From the IMG/VR virus record IMGVR_UViG_2671180921_000012: a stretch of 64,000 nucleotides of DNA; one strand, written 5' to 3'. Below are positions 21,749-30,654 of the stretch, in pieces. Under the pieces are notes generated by a model, which saw only the letters and a program-made list of their open reading frames with translations, was not told the origin of the DNA and searched no databases. Position 1 is the stretch's first letter; every line of letters starts with the position of its first letter. Source of the DNA: a virus. Taxonomy: Duplodnaviria > Heunggongvirae > Uroviricota > Caudoviricetes. The translations under genes and the position numbers were made by a program.

Positions 21749-22477
21749 ATGAAAGGCGAAGTGAAAGAGCGCGGCATGATTTTCAACGATGAGATGGTCC
21801 GAGCCATCCTCGAAGGAAGGAAAACGCAGACGCGGCGGATAATGAAAAATCAGCCTGCGGAAGTTGGTCCAGAAGCACCAGTGATGGTTAGGGAAATTGG
21901 TGCAGGTTTTCAGTGGTACGGGGCTGATGGTGTAAGCAGTGTTTTCAATTGCCCCTTTGGTATCGTCGGCGATCGAATTTGGGTTCGTGAAACATGGGCG
22001 ATATTAGGCAATGAAGATGGTTGCAGTGTGGACTGGAACGACAACCTTTGTCGTGGCGATGAGAAGAACGCAGCAAGGATTTATCGGGCCAGTTGTGAGC
22101 AAAAGCCTGGTGATTACGGTTTATGGTCGATACCCGATGATGCCGACTGGAAACCTCACACTGTGAATGAAAAGTTTGATGGTGGGTGGCGTCCATCAAT
22201 TCACATGCCGCGCTGGGCATCACGCATCCTGTTGGAAATTACCAACGTGCGCGTTGAGCGGTTGAACAATATCAGCGAATGCGATGCAAGGGATGAGGGC
22301 GTTCCGCCTGCTGGAAGTTTGCTTCCTGATCACCCGGGAACATTCCTTACTCCCAAGGGGGATTTCGCAATGGCCAAGGTTGCGTTCCAGCGCCTGTGGG
22401 AATCCATCTATGGTGAAGAAAGCTGGAACGCTAATCCCTGGGTGTGGGTAATCGAGTTTAAGCGCATTCAGGAATAA
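21749..22477 (+). CDS. ASCH-like domain protein (242 aa)
   Basis: N-terminal MIFNDEMVRAILEGRKTQTRR resembles ASCH-type motif common in prophages. Confidence 0.4.
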   Translation: MKGEVKERGMIFNDEMVRAILEGRKTQTRRIMKNQPAEVGPEAPVMVREIGAGFQWYGADGVSSVFNCPFGIVGDRIWVRETWAILGNEDGCSVDWNDNLCRGDEKNAARIYRASCEQKPGDYGLWSIPDDADWKPHTVNEKFDGGWRPSIHMPRWASRILLEITNVRVERLNNISECDARDEGVPPAGSLLPDHPGTFLTPKGDFAMAKVAFQRLWESIYGEESWNANPWVWVIEFKRIQE

Positions 22478-22560
22478 ACCGTGAGTATGCATCAAATCGT
22501 CAGTTTTTCAGGTGGACGAGCATCGGCCTGTCTCGTTCATCTGTTCGAATAGGTAGTGGC

Positions 22561-22764
22561 ATGACAATCGTAAAAACCCATACCGGTACCGTGATCACCA
22601 AAGATGGCCCGAAGGTAAAAAAACTGCACCAAACAGAGCGGATGTGGGTCGTTGGCAAAAACGAGTTTTACCACAAAGAAACTGGACGCCGCCATTTTGC
22701 AGAAAATACGCGCCGCCGACTGCTGTTAGACACCATCAAGCCTATCGAGGTGAAGCATGTTTAA
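22561..22764 (+). CDS. Hypothetical small basic protein (67 aa)
   Basis: ORF in operon context. Confidence 0.35.
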   Translation: MTIVKTHTGTVITKDGPKVKKLHQTERMWVVGKNEFYHKETGRRHFAENTRRRLLLDTIKPIEVKHV

Positions 22765-22996
22765 ACAGAACGAAAAAGCTATCGCTCAAATTGCTGATTA
22801 TATCCCGCGTGCGTGCCGGGGTATGCAGTTGCAGGAAGCCAAAGCGCGCCTGGAGAAAAAAATTGCGCTCTATATTGATGACGGCTGTGATGCCGCCGTT
22901 CTTAACGAGGCGTTCGCACCAGCTCTTAACAGTCATACTCGGGAGTCTTTTTTTTCGTGCATCGCAGCGCAACTCCACCAAGGAGGCATCCAGTGA
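22757..22996 (+). CDS. Hypothetical protein (79 aa)
   Basis: Start overlaps upstream stop; stop overlaps downstream GTG start. Confidence 0.4.
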   Translation: MFKQNEKAIAQIADYIPRACRGMQLQEAKARLEKKIALYIDDGCDAAVLNEAFAPALNSHTRESFFSCIAAQLHQGGIQ

Positions 22997-23637
22997 GCAA
23001 CCGTTTTTACATGATGTGTTTGCGTGAAACTGTGGGTAATAACGCCTCATTCCATTGCCATAACGGCAATGGTTACAGTTCTGATATCGATCGCGCTCAT
23101 GTTTACACGCTGGAAGAAGCCCAAAAAGCCTGGAATTGTGGGCGAGATATCGATCAGCCTGTTTGTGCCGATAGTGTGGATGCAATGGCTGTGTGGCACG
23201 TTGATTGCCAGTACATCCCTACAGAAAGCCTGATTGAGTCAGATTGCACTGCGTATGTGGCCTACAAAAAAGGTAGCTGGAACGGCAACGATGTTTACTG
23301 GCTTCAACACGGTGGATTGCCAACCGATGACTTCAGTAAAGCAACCATCTTTAGCGTCGCCAACAAAAACGAACCAGGAATAGTTTGGTTGCCATTTTCC
23401 ATTGCCGATGCAGCAAAGCGGCGGACGTTCAATATCAATAATTTTAACCGCAGAACAATGGTTCAGGGCGCAGGTTTGGTCATGCCTGACTGGTTGAAAA
23501 AGCAAAACAGAAGAAAGAAGTCGCGAAGCGGGAAGGTGCGTTGGAATTGTCCGCATTGCGGAAAAATAACCTGGCAGTACAGCCCATATGATTTTGAAGG
23601 CTGTAGTGATTACAACTGTGAAGGATGGCGAGAATGA
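22993..23637 (+). CDS. Hypothetical Cys-rich protein with C-terminal zinc-ribbon-like motif (214 aa)
   Basis: GTG start with AAGGAGG SD; NCPHCGK ... CSDYNCEG. Confidence 0.45.
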   Translation: MSNRFYMMCLRETVGNNASFHCHNGNGYSSDIDRAHVYTLEEAQKAWNCGRDIDQPVCADSVDAMAVWHVDCQYIPTESLIESDCTAYVAYKKGSWNGNDVYWLQHGGLPTDDFSKATIFSVANKNEPGIVWLPFSIADAAKRRTFNINNFNRRTMVQGAGLVMPDWLKKQNRRKKSRSGKVRWNCPHCGKITWQYSPYDFEGCSDYNCEGWRE

Positions 23638-24500
23638 CAATTGACTATCAGGTACTGCGTGAGGCGGCAGAAAAGGCAACACCAGACGAATGGGTCGCAT
23701 TTATTTCGACGGATACTGGTACTTATGCGGTGCACACGCCCGGTGATGAACGATGTGAAGACGTTATCAAATGGACCGGCTTTGATGGACAGAAAAATGC
23801 AGAGAACAACGCTCGTTATGTTGCCGCGTTCAACCCAAAGGTTGCACTGGAGCTGCTTGGTGAAATTAAGCGCCTGGAGGACACAAATATTGATGCTATG
23901 TGTCGAATTGCAGAGCTTGAGACTAATCTCGCGGCGCTGGCAGCGGAGAATGCGGCGCTGAAGGCCGGGGCTATGTATTTCTCATATGGCTCTGAATTTA
24001 GTTTCGAGTGTCACAAAACTGCTGAGGAGGCTATCGCTGCTGCTGAGGCTGCAATTGACGACTATAGAGGCGATGCTTGCGATGGATGGAGCGAAGAGGT
24101 CGAAAGCATTTGCTGGGGGGTAATTATTCAGCAGGCAACCAAGGTCGGTGAACGCAAGAAGAGGAAATGCGACAGAGTATCACCATGGATTGAAAGAGTT
24201 TGTGATTATGAGCTTCGACCTAATGTCGAAACCCCAGCCACCGATGCTTTCCTGTCTGAAATTCGTGCGGAAGCACGCAACGAGGGGATTAACTATACCG
24301 CCAGCCGTCTTGCTGCTGCGTTCAATCACGGATTTATCAATAAGTCTTTGCGTGAAGTTTTCGACGTTACACGCATGATTTTGTCAGCGAAAGAAGAGTT
24401 GGCTAATGAAGCGCATCCGATTGATGGCCTGTCTGGTGAATATGCGGAGAAATCCCTTGAAGAATGGGCGGAACAGATTCGCAAAGGAAGCAGCCAGTGA
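23625..24500 (+). CDS. Ead/Ea22-like coiled-coil protein (291 aa)
   Basis: N-terminal TIDYQVLREAAEKATPDEW, central coiled coil, C-terminal PATDAFLSEIRA module. Confidence 0.45.
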   Translation: MARMTIDYQVLREAAEKATPDEWVAFISTDTGTYAVHTPGDERCEDVIKWTGFDGQKNAENNARYVAAFNPKVALELLGEIKRLEDTNIDAMCRIAELETNLAALAAENAALKAGAMYFSYGSEFSFECHKTAEEAIAAAEAAIDDYRGDACDGWSEEVESICWGVIIQQATKVGERKKRKCDRVSPWIERVCDYELRPNVETPATDAFLSEIRAEARNEGINYTASRLAAAFNHGFINKSLREVFDVTRMILSAKEELANEAHPIDGLSGEYAEKSLEEWAEQIRKGSSQ

Positions 24501-24787
24501 ATATCGACACGACCGTAACGATCGATACGCTCCTAAATACCGGTCTGGCACTTCTCGGTTGGCTTTACATCATGTCCCGCACATGGCGATGGCTGGGTTC
24601 CATTTTCCTAAAACAGTGGAAAAAACGGCGCAAACAGGAACTACGCCAGAAGGCATTAGAAGCGTTCTATGACGCATTTGAGCTTAGCCGCATTGAACCA
24701 GGTACAACAGCCAGGATAGCGACAAAAGGCGACCTGATGATAGTGATGTTCCGACAGGAGAGAGCAGAGAAAGGGGAATCAGCATGA
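24497..24787 (+). CDS. Small membrane protein (96 aa)
   Basis: GTG start overlapping upstream TGA; hydrophobic helix then basic region. Confidence 0.4.
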   Translation: MNIDTTVTIDTLLNTGLALLGWLYIMSRTWRWLGSIFLKQWKKRRKQELRQKALEAFYDAFELSRIEPGTTARIATKGDLMIVMFRQERAEKGESA

Positions 24788-25518
24788 AATTTTCCAAATT
24801 TTCTGAGTTGGTGAATCGTATTTTGTCCAACAACCACAGCCATCGTCGCGATATGGATGTAACAATCGTTGTTCATTCGCCTGGCAGCATTGGTTCAACA
24901 CCTTCAGTTGAGGTTCAGTCAATTCACGCTGGTTTTGATTGGGATTCCGGGAAAGTGCTTATTTTCCCATCACAGCCACTGACCACGCTAACACCAGAAC
25001 AGATTACTGATATCACTGATAGTGTGCGCAAAGGTCAGTCTTGGCACGCATATCAGGAATACAAGAAGCATCAAGAGCAGTTGGAAAAATTGTCGATTGA
25101 ACTGGATGCCGCAAAACAGCGCATTGCAGAGCTGGAGGGTAATCGCACGGCGCTGGCAGTGGAGAATGAGCTGGCTCGTAAGGCAGTTCAGGCATTCTGC
25201 GATGTTGTTGGCGACAACACCGAGGTTATCGCTGAGGTGGTTGGGCGAGATGGCGTTCTGGTTATTTTGGAGGCCATGAAGGCAACAGGAAATATGCCAG
25301 CCACCGATGCTTTCCTGGCTGAAGTGCGGGCGCAGGGCGTGGATGCTGCTATAGAAGCTGCAAAAAATCTGGTGGCCCAAGAATATGAGTATAAGGATTT
25401 CAAAGCGGCGCAGAGTGATTGCTGTATGCACCCTGGTTCAGACCTGGTAGGGAAGGTTGAAATGACTGAGTGGTTAGTTGACTTTGCTGCCCAGCTTCGC
25501 AAAGGAGGCAACCAGTGA
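24784..25518 (+). CDS. Ead/Ea22-like coiled-coil protein, paralog (244 aa)
   Basis: Shares coiled-coil and PATDAFLAEVRAQ ... QLRKGGNQ C-terminal module with the 291-aa protein. Confidence 0.45.
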   Translation: MKFSKFSELVNRILSNNHSHRRDMDVTIVVHSPGSIGSTPSVEVQSIHAGFDWDSGKVLIFPSQPLTTLTPEQITDITDSVRKGQSWHAYQEYKKHQEQLEKLSIELDAAKQRIAELEGNRTALAVENELARKAVQAFCDVVGDNTEVIAEVVGRDGVLVILEAMKATGNMPATDAFLAEVRAQGVDAAIEAAKNLVAQEYEYKDFKAAQSDCCMHPGSDLVGKVEMTEWLVDFAAQLRKGGNQ

Positions 25519-26003
25519 GCGAAATTAATTACCAGGCACTGCGTGAGGCGGCGGAACGTGCAATTCCAGCAATGGAACGCCTGTTAATGTTGCCAGCTGA
25601 TGATGATTTGTTAAGTGAACAGGAACTTAAAGATTACGGTGTGGATATTGATGCGCTCAACGCCTTCAAATTTCTGGCCGGACCAGAAACCGTGCTGGCA
25701 CTACTGGATGAACGGGAAAGGAACCAGCAATACATCAAATCCCGCGACCAGGAGAACGAGGATATTGCGCTAACGGTAGGGAAGTTGCGCGTTGAGCTTG
25801 AGGCAGAAAAACAGCGGGCAAAGGATCTGTTTATGGAAAATGCTCGGCTTAAGTCAGGTATAGCCGGTCTGATACACCTCGGTATTCGATATGCAGATGT
25901 TGATGTCATGAAAATTGCTGGAGATGCCCAGCTTTCTACCCCATGCACTGACAGCATCATAAACAGCATTGCAACAGGCATTCGCATCAACGGAGGTGAG
26001 TAG
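25515..26003 (+). CDS. Ead/Ea22-like N-terminal-domain protein (162 aa)
   Basis: GTG start with AAAGGAGG SD; N-terminal NYQALREAAERA motif. Confidence 0.45.
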   Translation: MSEINYQALREAAERAIPAMERLLMLPADDDLLSEQELKDYGVDIDALNAFKFLAGPETVLALLDERERNQQYIKSRDQENEDIALTVGKLRVELEAEKQRAKDLFMENARLKSGIAGLIHLGIRYADVDVMKIAGDAQLSTPCTDSIINSIATGIRINGGE

Positions 26004-26175
26004 TGCGTGTGGCATGTATTGGCTTGTTACCGTACCCGACTCGTTTTTGGGCTTCTGCGCTAATTGCAAAGCCACAGGTCCTGATGGCTGACAACATCAC
26101 CCCAGCACCAAAGCGCCGCCATACCGGTATTGCAGCGGCACGACGAGCAGCAAAGAGACGCAGGAGAGCAAAGCG

Positions 26176-26364
26176 ATGAAAAACCGTAAAGCAAAGATTC
26201 TGTTAGTTCGTAGAAACGCTCCTGGCGTCTGGCAGTGGGTGAGACTCAGCAACCGACGGATGGGGTTAATGAAACATTACGGGATGATGGATTGTGGTTT
26301 TTGCAAAAAGCCCAGCGCGGCGCAAAACCGCTGGAAAAACCACTTGCGCACTAAAGGAGAGTGA
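26176..26364 (+). CDS. Hypothetical small basic protein (62 aa)
   Basis: ATG with AGGAGAG SD; stop immediately precedes next gene. Confidence 0.4.
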   Translation: MKNRKAKILLVRRNAPGVWQWVRLSNRRMGLMKHYGMMDCGFCKKPSAAQNRWKNHLRTKGE

Positions 26365-26365
26365 T

Positions 26366-26881
26366 ATGGCGTTAACACACCGCGAACTCTGTCAGATTGC
26401 GTACAAGTTCCTTAAGCGCAACGGGTTCAAGGTTTGTTTTCATGACCGCTTTATAGCTGTAACCAGTACCGGAGAACAGCCAGATGCTATGGGATTCAGA
26501 AATTCAGCATCATGCCTGATAGAGGCGAAATGTTCTCGTGCTGACTTGTTGGCAGATAGAAAAAAGCGTTTTCGTAAAAATCCGTCTCTTGGAATGGGCG
26601 ACTGGCGATTCTTTATTAGTGAGCCGGGAATTATTTCAATTGAGGATTTACCACCTGGCTGGGGATTACTTCACGTTGTTAACGGAAGAGTACGGAAAGT
26701 ACATGGGTGGCCCAAGGGTAATTGCTGTTGGGGTAATCCTGACGATAAGCCATTTACTGGAAATAAGCAGGTTGAATGCGATTACATGTTATCTGCATTA
26801 AGGCGTATGGAGTTGAGAGGGCACCTTAATGAAATATATGACGGTGTAATTGTTAATAAGAAAGAAGGAAACGCGGCATGA
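26366..26881 (+). CDS. MmcB-like PD-(D/E)xK nuclease-fold protein (171 aa)
   Basis: ORF 26294..26881 trimmed to ATG with AAGGAG SD; EQPDAMGF ... CLIEAKCSRADLLADRKK. Confidence 0.5.
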   Translation: MALTHRELCQIAYKFLKRNGFKVCFHDRFIAVTSTGEQPDAMGFRNSASCLIEAKCSRADLLADRKKRFRKNPSLGMGDWRFFISEPGIISIEDLPPGWGLLHVVNGRVRKVHGWPKGNCCWGNPDDKPFTGNKQVECDYMLSALRRMELRGHLNEIYDGVIVNKKEGNAA

Positions 26882-27264
26882 TCACTATTACCAAAGAGCG
26901 ACTGCTGACAATCAAGCAGTGGCGCGAAACATACGGACCTGGTAGCAACGTTGTACTGCCAGCAGAAGAAGCGGAAGAACTGGCACGGATTGCGCTGGCA
27001 TCGCTGGAAGCAAAACCAATAGGTGCTTTCCACATTGCAGAACAGCAGGTCGATGGCACAAGTGACTACATCAAGGATGGGGAGTGGCCTATTGATAATG
27101 GAATTATTGAGGTCTACGCCGCTCCACCCGTTCCAGTAGTACCGGAAGAAAAACCAATGCCTAATCCTCTTAGCATGTACGCGGTTGATGCTGTTGCCGC
27201 TATTGCAGAGGTGAGAGGCTGGAACGCCTGCCGCGCTGCAATGCTTCAGGGAAAAGGAGAGTGA
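26878..27264 (+). CDS. Hypothetical protein (128 aa)
   Basis: Shares ELARIALASLEAKP module with the N-terminus of the downstream DUF551-like protein. Confidence 0.4.
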   Translation: MITITKERLLTIKQWRETYGPGSNVVLPAEEAEELARIALASLEAKPIGAFHIAEQQVDGTSDYIKDGEWPIDNGIIEVYAAPPVPVVPEEKPMPNPLSMYAVDAVAAIAEVRGWNACRAAMLQGKGE

Positions 27265-27265
27265 T

Positions 27266-27475
27266 ATGGCTATTGCCGCAAGTTACACAATGCATCTCTA
27301 TTGTGACTGCCGCCAGTGTACGGAAGGTGTATATCCAGTGCCAGACTTCGGTGAGTATATAGGTACGTCATGGGCTGGCTGTGCAAAAGAGGCGCGCAAG
27401 GATGGCTGGCGAATAAGCAAAGACAAAACGCGTGCTTTTGCGCCTGGGCATAAAGTTTTGAGGATTAACAAATGA
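27266..27475 (+). CDS. Small Cys-rich protein (69 aa)
   Basis: HLYCDCRQC ... GC ... GH cluster; coupled to next gene. Confidence 0.4.
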   Translation: MAIAASYTMHLYCDCRQCTEGVYPVPDFGEYIGTSWAGCAKEARKDGWRISKDKTRAFAPGHKVLRINK

Positions 27476-28419
27476 CCACTATTACCAGAGAACAAGCTCT
27501 GAAAATTATTGAGGCAGCCGATGAGGTTATTAGTGCGCTGGCCGGAACTAACGAGGATGTTCACCCTGGTAGCGATAACATGCTACGCCTGTGGGATGAC
27601 CTGAATGACCGTTACGCGCCGCCGGAAATTGTGCGTGAACTGGCACGGATTGTGCTGGCATCGCTGGAAGCCGAGCCTGTTCTGTATCAGTCCTGCACTC
27701 GCCCCACCTGGAATAGCGGTGTTCCGTGGACGGAATGGAAAGAACGAAGTCGTGAGTGCTACGAAGACGATTTGCGCTTTACAGACACGCCTGACCATGC
27801 CGGTTGGATATACAAATGTCGAAAACTATATACCACTCCGCCAGCGCCGATAGCGTTAGAGGCCATTGAAAACGCAATTGAATACATCCGCAGTATCGCT
27901 TTTCACATCGATGAAGACGATTACCACGGCAAACATATTGCGTATTTCATGCAGCAAGCATTGGCCTGGCTGGAAGGGCATTCATGCAGCGACGACAGAC
28001 TGGGTAAAGCCGAGAATCAACCAGTACGCGGCAACCAGGCTGCCGAATCCAATCGCGATAATGAGTGGACTGGCAATCCTGATATTGATAACGCCATCAT
28101 CATGCTCGACCGCATAGATACGCTGGAAAATTGCGATGATGACCGTATTGAGGCTGTTAAGGCTGTTTTGCGTAGACTGGCTGGCAACTATCCGGTAATT
28201 CCGGATGGTTGGATAAGCTGTAGTGAGCGAATGCCTGAGAACATTCCCGGAAGTTGTAAAGAGTATCTGGTGTTTGATGGGCTTAATAATAAAGTTCATC
28301 ACGATTACTGGGTTGTCCCTGATGGAGACAGTGCGCCAGTTGCGTCGTTCTGGAATCATTACGGGGCACATGTAACTCACTGGATGCCTCTACCAGAACC
28401 GCCGCAGGAGGCGAAATGA
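27472..28419 (+). CDS. DUF551-like prophage protein (315 aa)
   Basis: C-terminal DGWISCSERMPE ... HYGAHVTHWMPLPEPP typical of DUF551. Confidence 0.5.
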   Translation: MTTITREQALKIIEAADEVISALAGTNEDVHPGSDNMLRLWDDLNDRYAPPEIVRELARIVLASLEAEPVLYQSCTRPTWNSGVPWTEWKERSRECYEDDLRFTDTPDHAGWIYKCRKLYTTPPAPIALEAIENAIEYIRSIAFHIDEDDYHGKHIAYFMQQALAWLEGHSCSDDRLGKAENQPVRGNQAAESNRDNEWTGNPDIDNAIIMLDRIDTLENCDDDRIEAVKAVLRRLAGNYPVIPDGWISCSERMPENIPGSCKEYLVFDGLNNKVHHDYWVVPDGDSAPVASFWNHYGAHVTHWMPLPEPPQEAK

Positions 28420-28676
28420 TGGATGTAAAAGAGAAGGTTTTGCAGGTGATGCGTTCCCGGGCTGCCCTGCAAGATAAAGCTCTCGGCGGGAAATATCCAT
28501 TCAGGATGGCAACCTGGAATCTGCGGTTGGCAATGGAGAAGGAATTTCCTGATGAAGAATGGCGTTCGGCAGATTTGCGCAAAATTCTTATGGAGATGGC
28601 TAAAGATGGAACAGTATCCAAAGATACCCATGCCAGCCGGATTGGTCAGGCGGTATGGAGACTGGAGGTGAGGTAA
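28416..28676 (+). CDS. Hypothetical protein (86 aa)
   Basis: ORF with start overlapping upstream stop. Confidence 0.35.
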   Translation: MMDVKEKVLQVMRSRAALQDKALGGKYPFRMATWNLRLAMEKEFPDEEWRSADLRKILMEMAKDGTVSKDTHASRIGQAVWRLEVR

Positions 28677-28752
28677 TAAGCTGGCCTGAAGCATTTGCGA
28701 TTGTAGGCGTAGCTATGGCGATTGCCGCTATTTTTATCTTCTGGGGGTAACG

Positions 28753-28986
28753 ATGGGAAAATTAACTTTTGTAGTCGAATTTGAGGATGGCAAAGAGCCA
28801 CCTGTTAGCGCCAATCTTGATGTTGCTGGTGGCAGGCTGGTTTCGGTTCTATTTGGTGATTACCGCGACGACTTCTTTCAGCCTGAAGAAGTTGATGTAG
28901 TGCGAGAAGCATTAAACGAGCTAAGTGTTGATAACGATGATGCTCATGCGGAAATCATCAAAAAAATGGAACTGCTAACTCACTAA
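28753..28986 (+). CDS. Hypothetical acidic protein (77 aa)
   Basis: ORF preceded by RBS-like sequence. Confidence 0.35.
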   Translation: MGKLTFVVEFEDGKEPPVSANLDVAGGRLVSVLFGDYRDDFFQPEEVDVVREALNELSVDNDDAHAEIIKKMELLTH

Positions 28987-29034
28987 ATTATCAATTATGG
29001 TGCTATCACCTACGACACCGAGAGAAAATTTATA

Positions 29035-29157
29035 ATGTCAAAAGTAAATGTTTTGATTTTTTCAGCAATTGTTGGCTTTGGTTTTACTGCCGGAGTGCAG
29101 ATTTATATTACGTGGGAAAAAATCATCAACTACGCATGGAGTTGTTTTATTAAGTGA
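29035..29157 (+). CDS. Putative 40-aa single-TM membrane peptide in AT-rich islet
   Basis: MSKVNVLIFSAIVGFGFTAGVQIYITWEKIINYAWSCFIK; stop overlaps GAGG SD of next gene; below ORF-track size cutoff. Confidence 0.35.
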   Translation: MSKVNVLIFSAIVGFGFTAGVQIYITWEKIINYAWSCFIK

Positions 29158-29164
29158 GGTAAGT

Positions 29165-29458
29165 ATGTGGAGAGGTAATAATCATGGCAAAAGCCAGATG
29201 ATACTTACCGAATATAAGCTAGACCACAAAACCAATAAATCACGCTCAGTATATTTGCTCCGGCACAATAGCCGCGTAAGAAATACCGTGCTGGAACAAA
29301 ATCTGACAGTTGAAATGGATAATTGCGGGGGATTCAAGCCAACAATTTCGCTTGATGATTTTCCTCGTGGTTTAAGCGAAAGAGAAGCAATGCTGAAATT
29401 AGCAGAATGGCTACAAAGATTAAGCATTGCTATTGAAGATAACTGGTCTGAACCTTAA
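29165..29458 (+). CDS. Hypothetical protein in AT-rich islet (97 aa)
   Basis: ORF 29069..29458 trimmed to ATG at 29165 with GAGG SD; markedly AT-rich. Confidence 0.4.
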   Translation: MWRGNNHGKSQMILTEYKLDHKTNKSRSVYLLRHNSRVRNTVLEQNLTVEMDNCGGFKPTISLDDFPRGLSEREAMLKLAEWLQRLSIAIEDNWSEP

Positions 29459-29692
29459 ATTTATATGATGACACTAAAACATTTTCTTGACCGCCCATTA
29501 TGGGCGGCAGCCGCAGGCTATGACTTTAATTATATGGATTGCATGTCTTGTACTGCCAATGCATACGACCATTCGTTCATCCTGCTGTTTAATTCTTTAA
29601 GAATATTGCCGGAAACAGTATTTCTTAGGTGATGGAATGACTGATATTGCCAAAATGAACATTGAAGAATGGACTAAGGAATGTGAAAAGAA

Positions 29693-30316
29693 ATGGCGCA
29701 AAAAGAAATGACCAGAATCACTGAAGAGCGCATATCAGAGATTATTTCCCGTATCGAAATGTATGGTCACGGTGCTGGATATACGGCAGATGAAGTATTG
29801 GAAATAGCCCAGCAGATGCTGGCCTTGAGACAAAAAGAGCAACATGAAAGCAATACGTGTAGATTGAATTTTGAGCAGTGGCTGGAACAGCAACGCGGGA
29901 AAATCGATGTGGACTGTGGTTGTGTGTCCACTGAAACATTCATGCACTGGCTGCGGGTAGCTTACGAGGCTGGCAACTATCCGGATATTCCGGATAGTTC
30001 GGCGCAAGCACCAGGGAAGGGGGGCTTCCCCGGAGAGCGGATTCGAATTAAGCCGCATGTTTACCGTGAACTGGTTAACCGCCTCCACGATACAGCGATC
30101 AAGTGTGCTGGCACCCAGCAATTACGGGAAAGAATTAGCCGCGTTTTGGGCGAAGTTATTACACCAGATCGTCATAAACAAGCCGAGAAAAGCGGTCTGG
30201 AAAGGAGTCATCTTGAAGCGGCATTAAACATTAAACCGGGGCATACGCTAGGTGTCATTGATGCCATGTTGGTTCATGAAATGGCTAAGGCGTTATTGCC
30301 ACTGGAGGCTGATTAA
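29693..30316 (+). CDS. Hypothetical protein (207 aa)
   Basis: ORF with ATG start; no recognisable motif. Confidence 0.4.
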   Translation: MAQKEMTRITEERISEIISRIEMYGHGAGYTADEVLEIAQQMLALRQKEQHESNTCRLNFEQWLEQQRGKIDVDCGCVSTETFMHWLRVAYEAGNYPDIPDSSAQAPGKGGFPGERIRIKPHVYRELVNRLHDTAIKCAGTQQLRERISRVLGEVITPDRHKQAEKSGLERSHLEAALNIKPGHTLGVIDAMLVHEMAKALLPLEAD

Positions 30317-30350
30317 ATTCCGGATAAAGCTGATATCTGATCACCATGCT

Positions 30351-30381
30351 AAAATCCCCTCAATTCACAGAGGGGATTTTT
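30351..30381 (+). terminator. Strong terminator-like hairpin immediately upstream of the lipoprotein-hot genes
   Basis: AAAATCCCCTC-AATTCACA-GAGGGGATTTT followed by T-run; ends 5 nt before the ATG at 30386. Confidence 0.55.
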
Positions 30382-30385
30382 GTAT

Positions 30386-30652
30386 ATGTTGCGTAGATTT
30401 TTAGGTAAAAGCGTTATTGTCGGTGCGATGTTGGCTATGTCTGGGTGTGCTATGGTGCAATACAATGACGGAGAAAAGGTTAGCATCCAGTCAGATGGTT
30501 GGTATGGCCTGGATAGCCTGCAAAAAACAGCGGATAAAGCCTGCCAGCAATACGGAAAGTCTAAAGCCGTATATCAGCATAGCGCGAACGCTAACCCTCA
30601 TCTTGCGCCCGGTTCGGGTGTTCAGAATACCATCTGGAAATGTGAGCCTTAA
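30386..30652 (+). CDS. Lipoprotein (88 aa)
   Basis: ORF 30380..30652 trimmed to ATG; signal peptide with lipobox LAMSGC. Confidence 0.55.
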   Translation: MLRRFLGKSVIVGAMLAMSGCAMVQYNDGEKVSIQSDGWYGLDSLQKTADKACQQYGKSKAVYQHSANANPHLAPGSGVQNTIWKCEP

Positions 30653-30654
30653 AC

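Noticed and set aside
26003-26179. 58-codon GTG-initiated ORF with an Arg-rich tail
   Set aside because: Very basic low-complexity product, no SD; likely non-coding spacer before the 62-aa gene.
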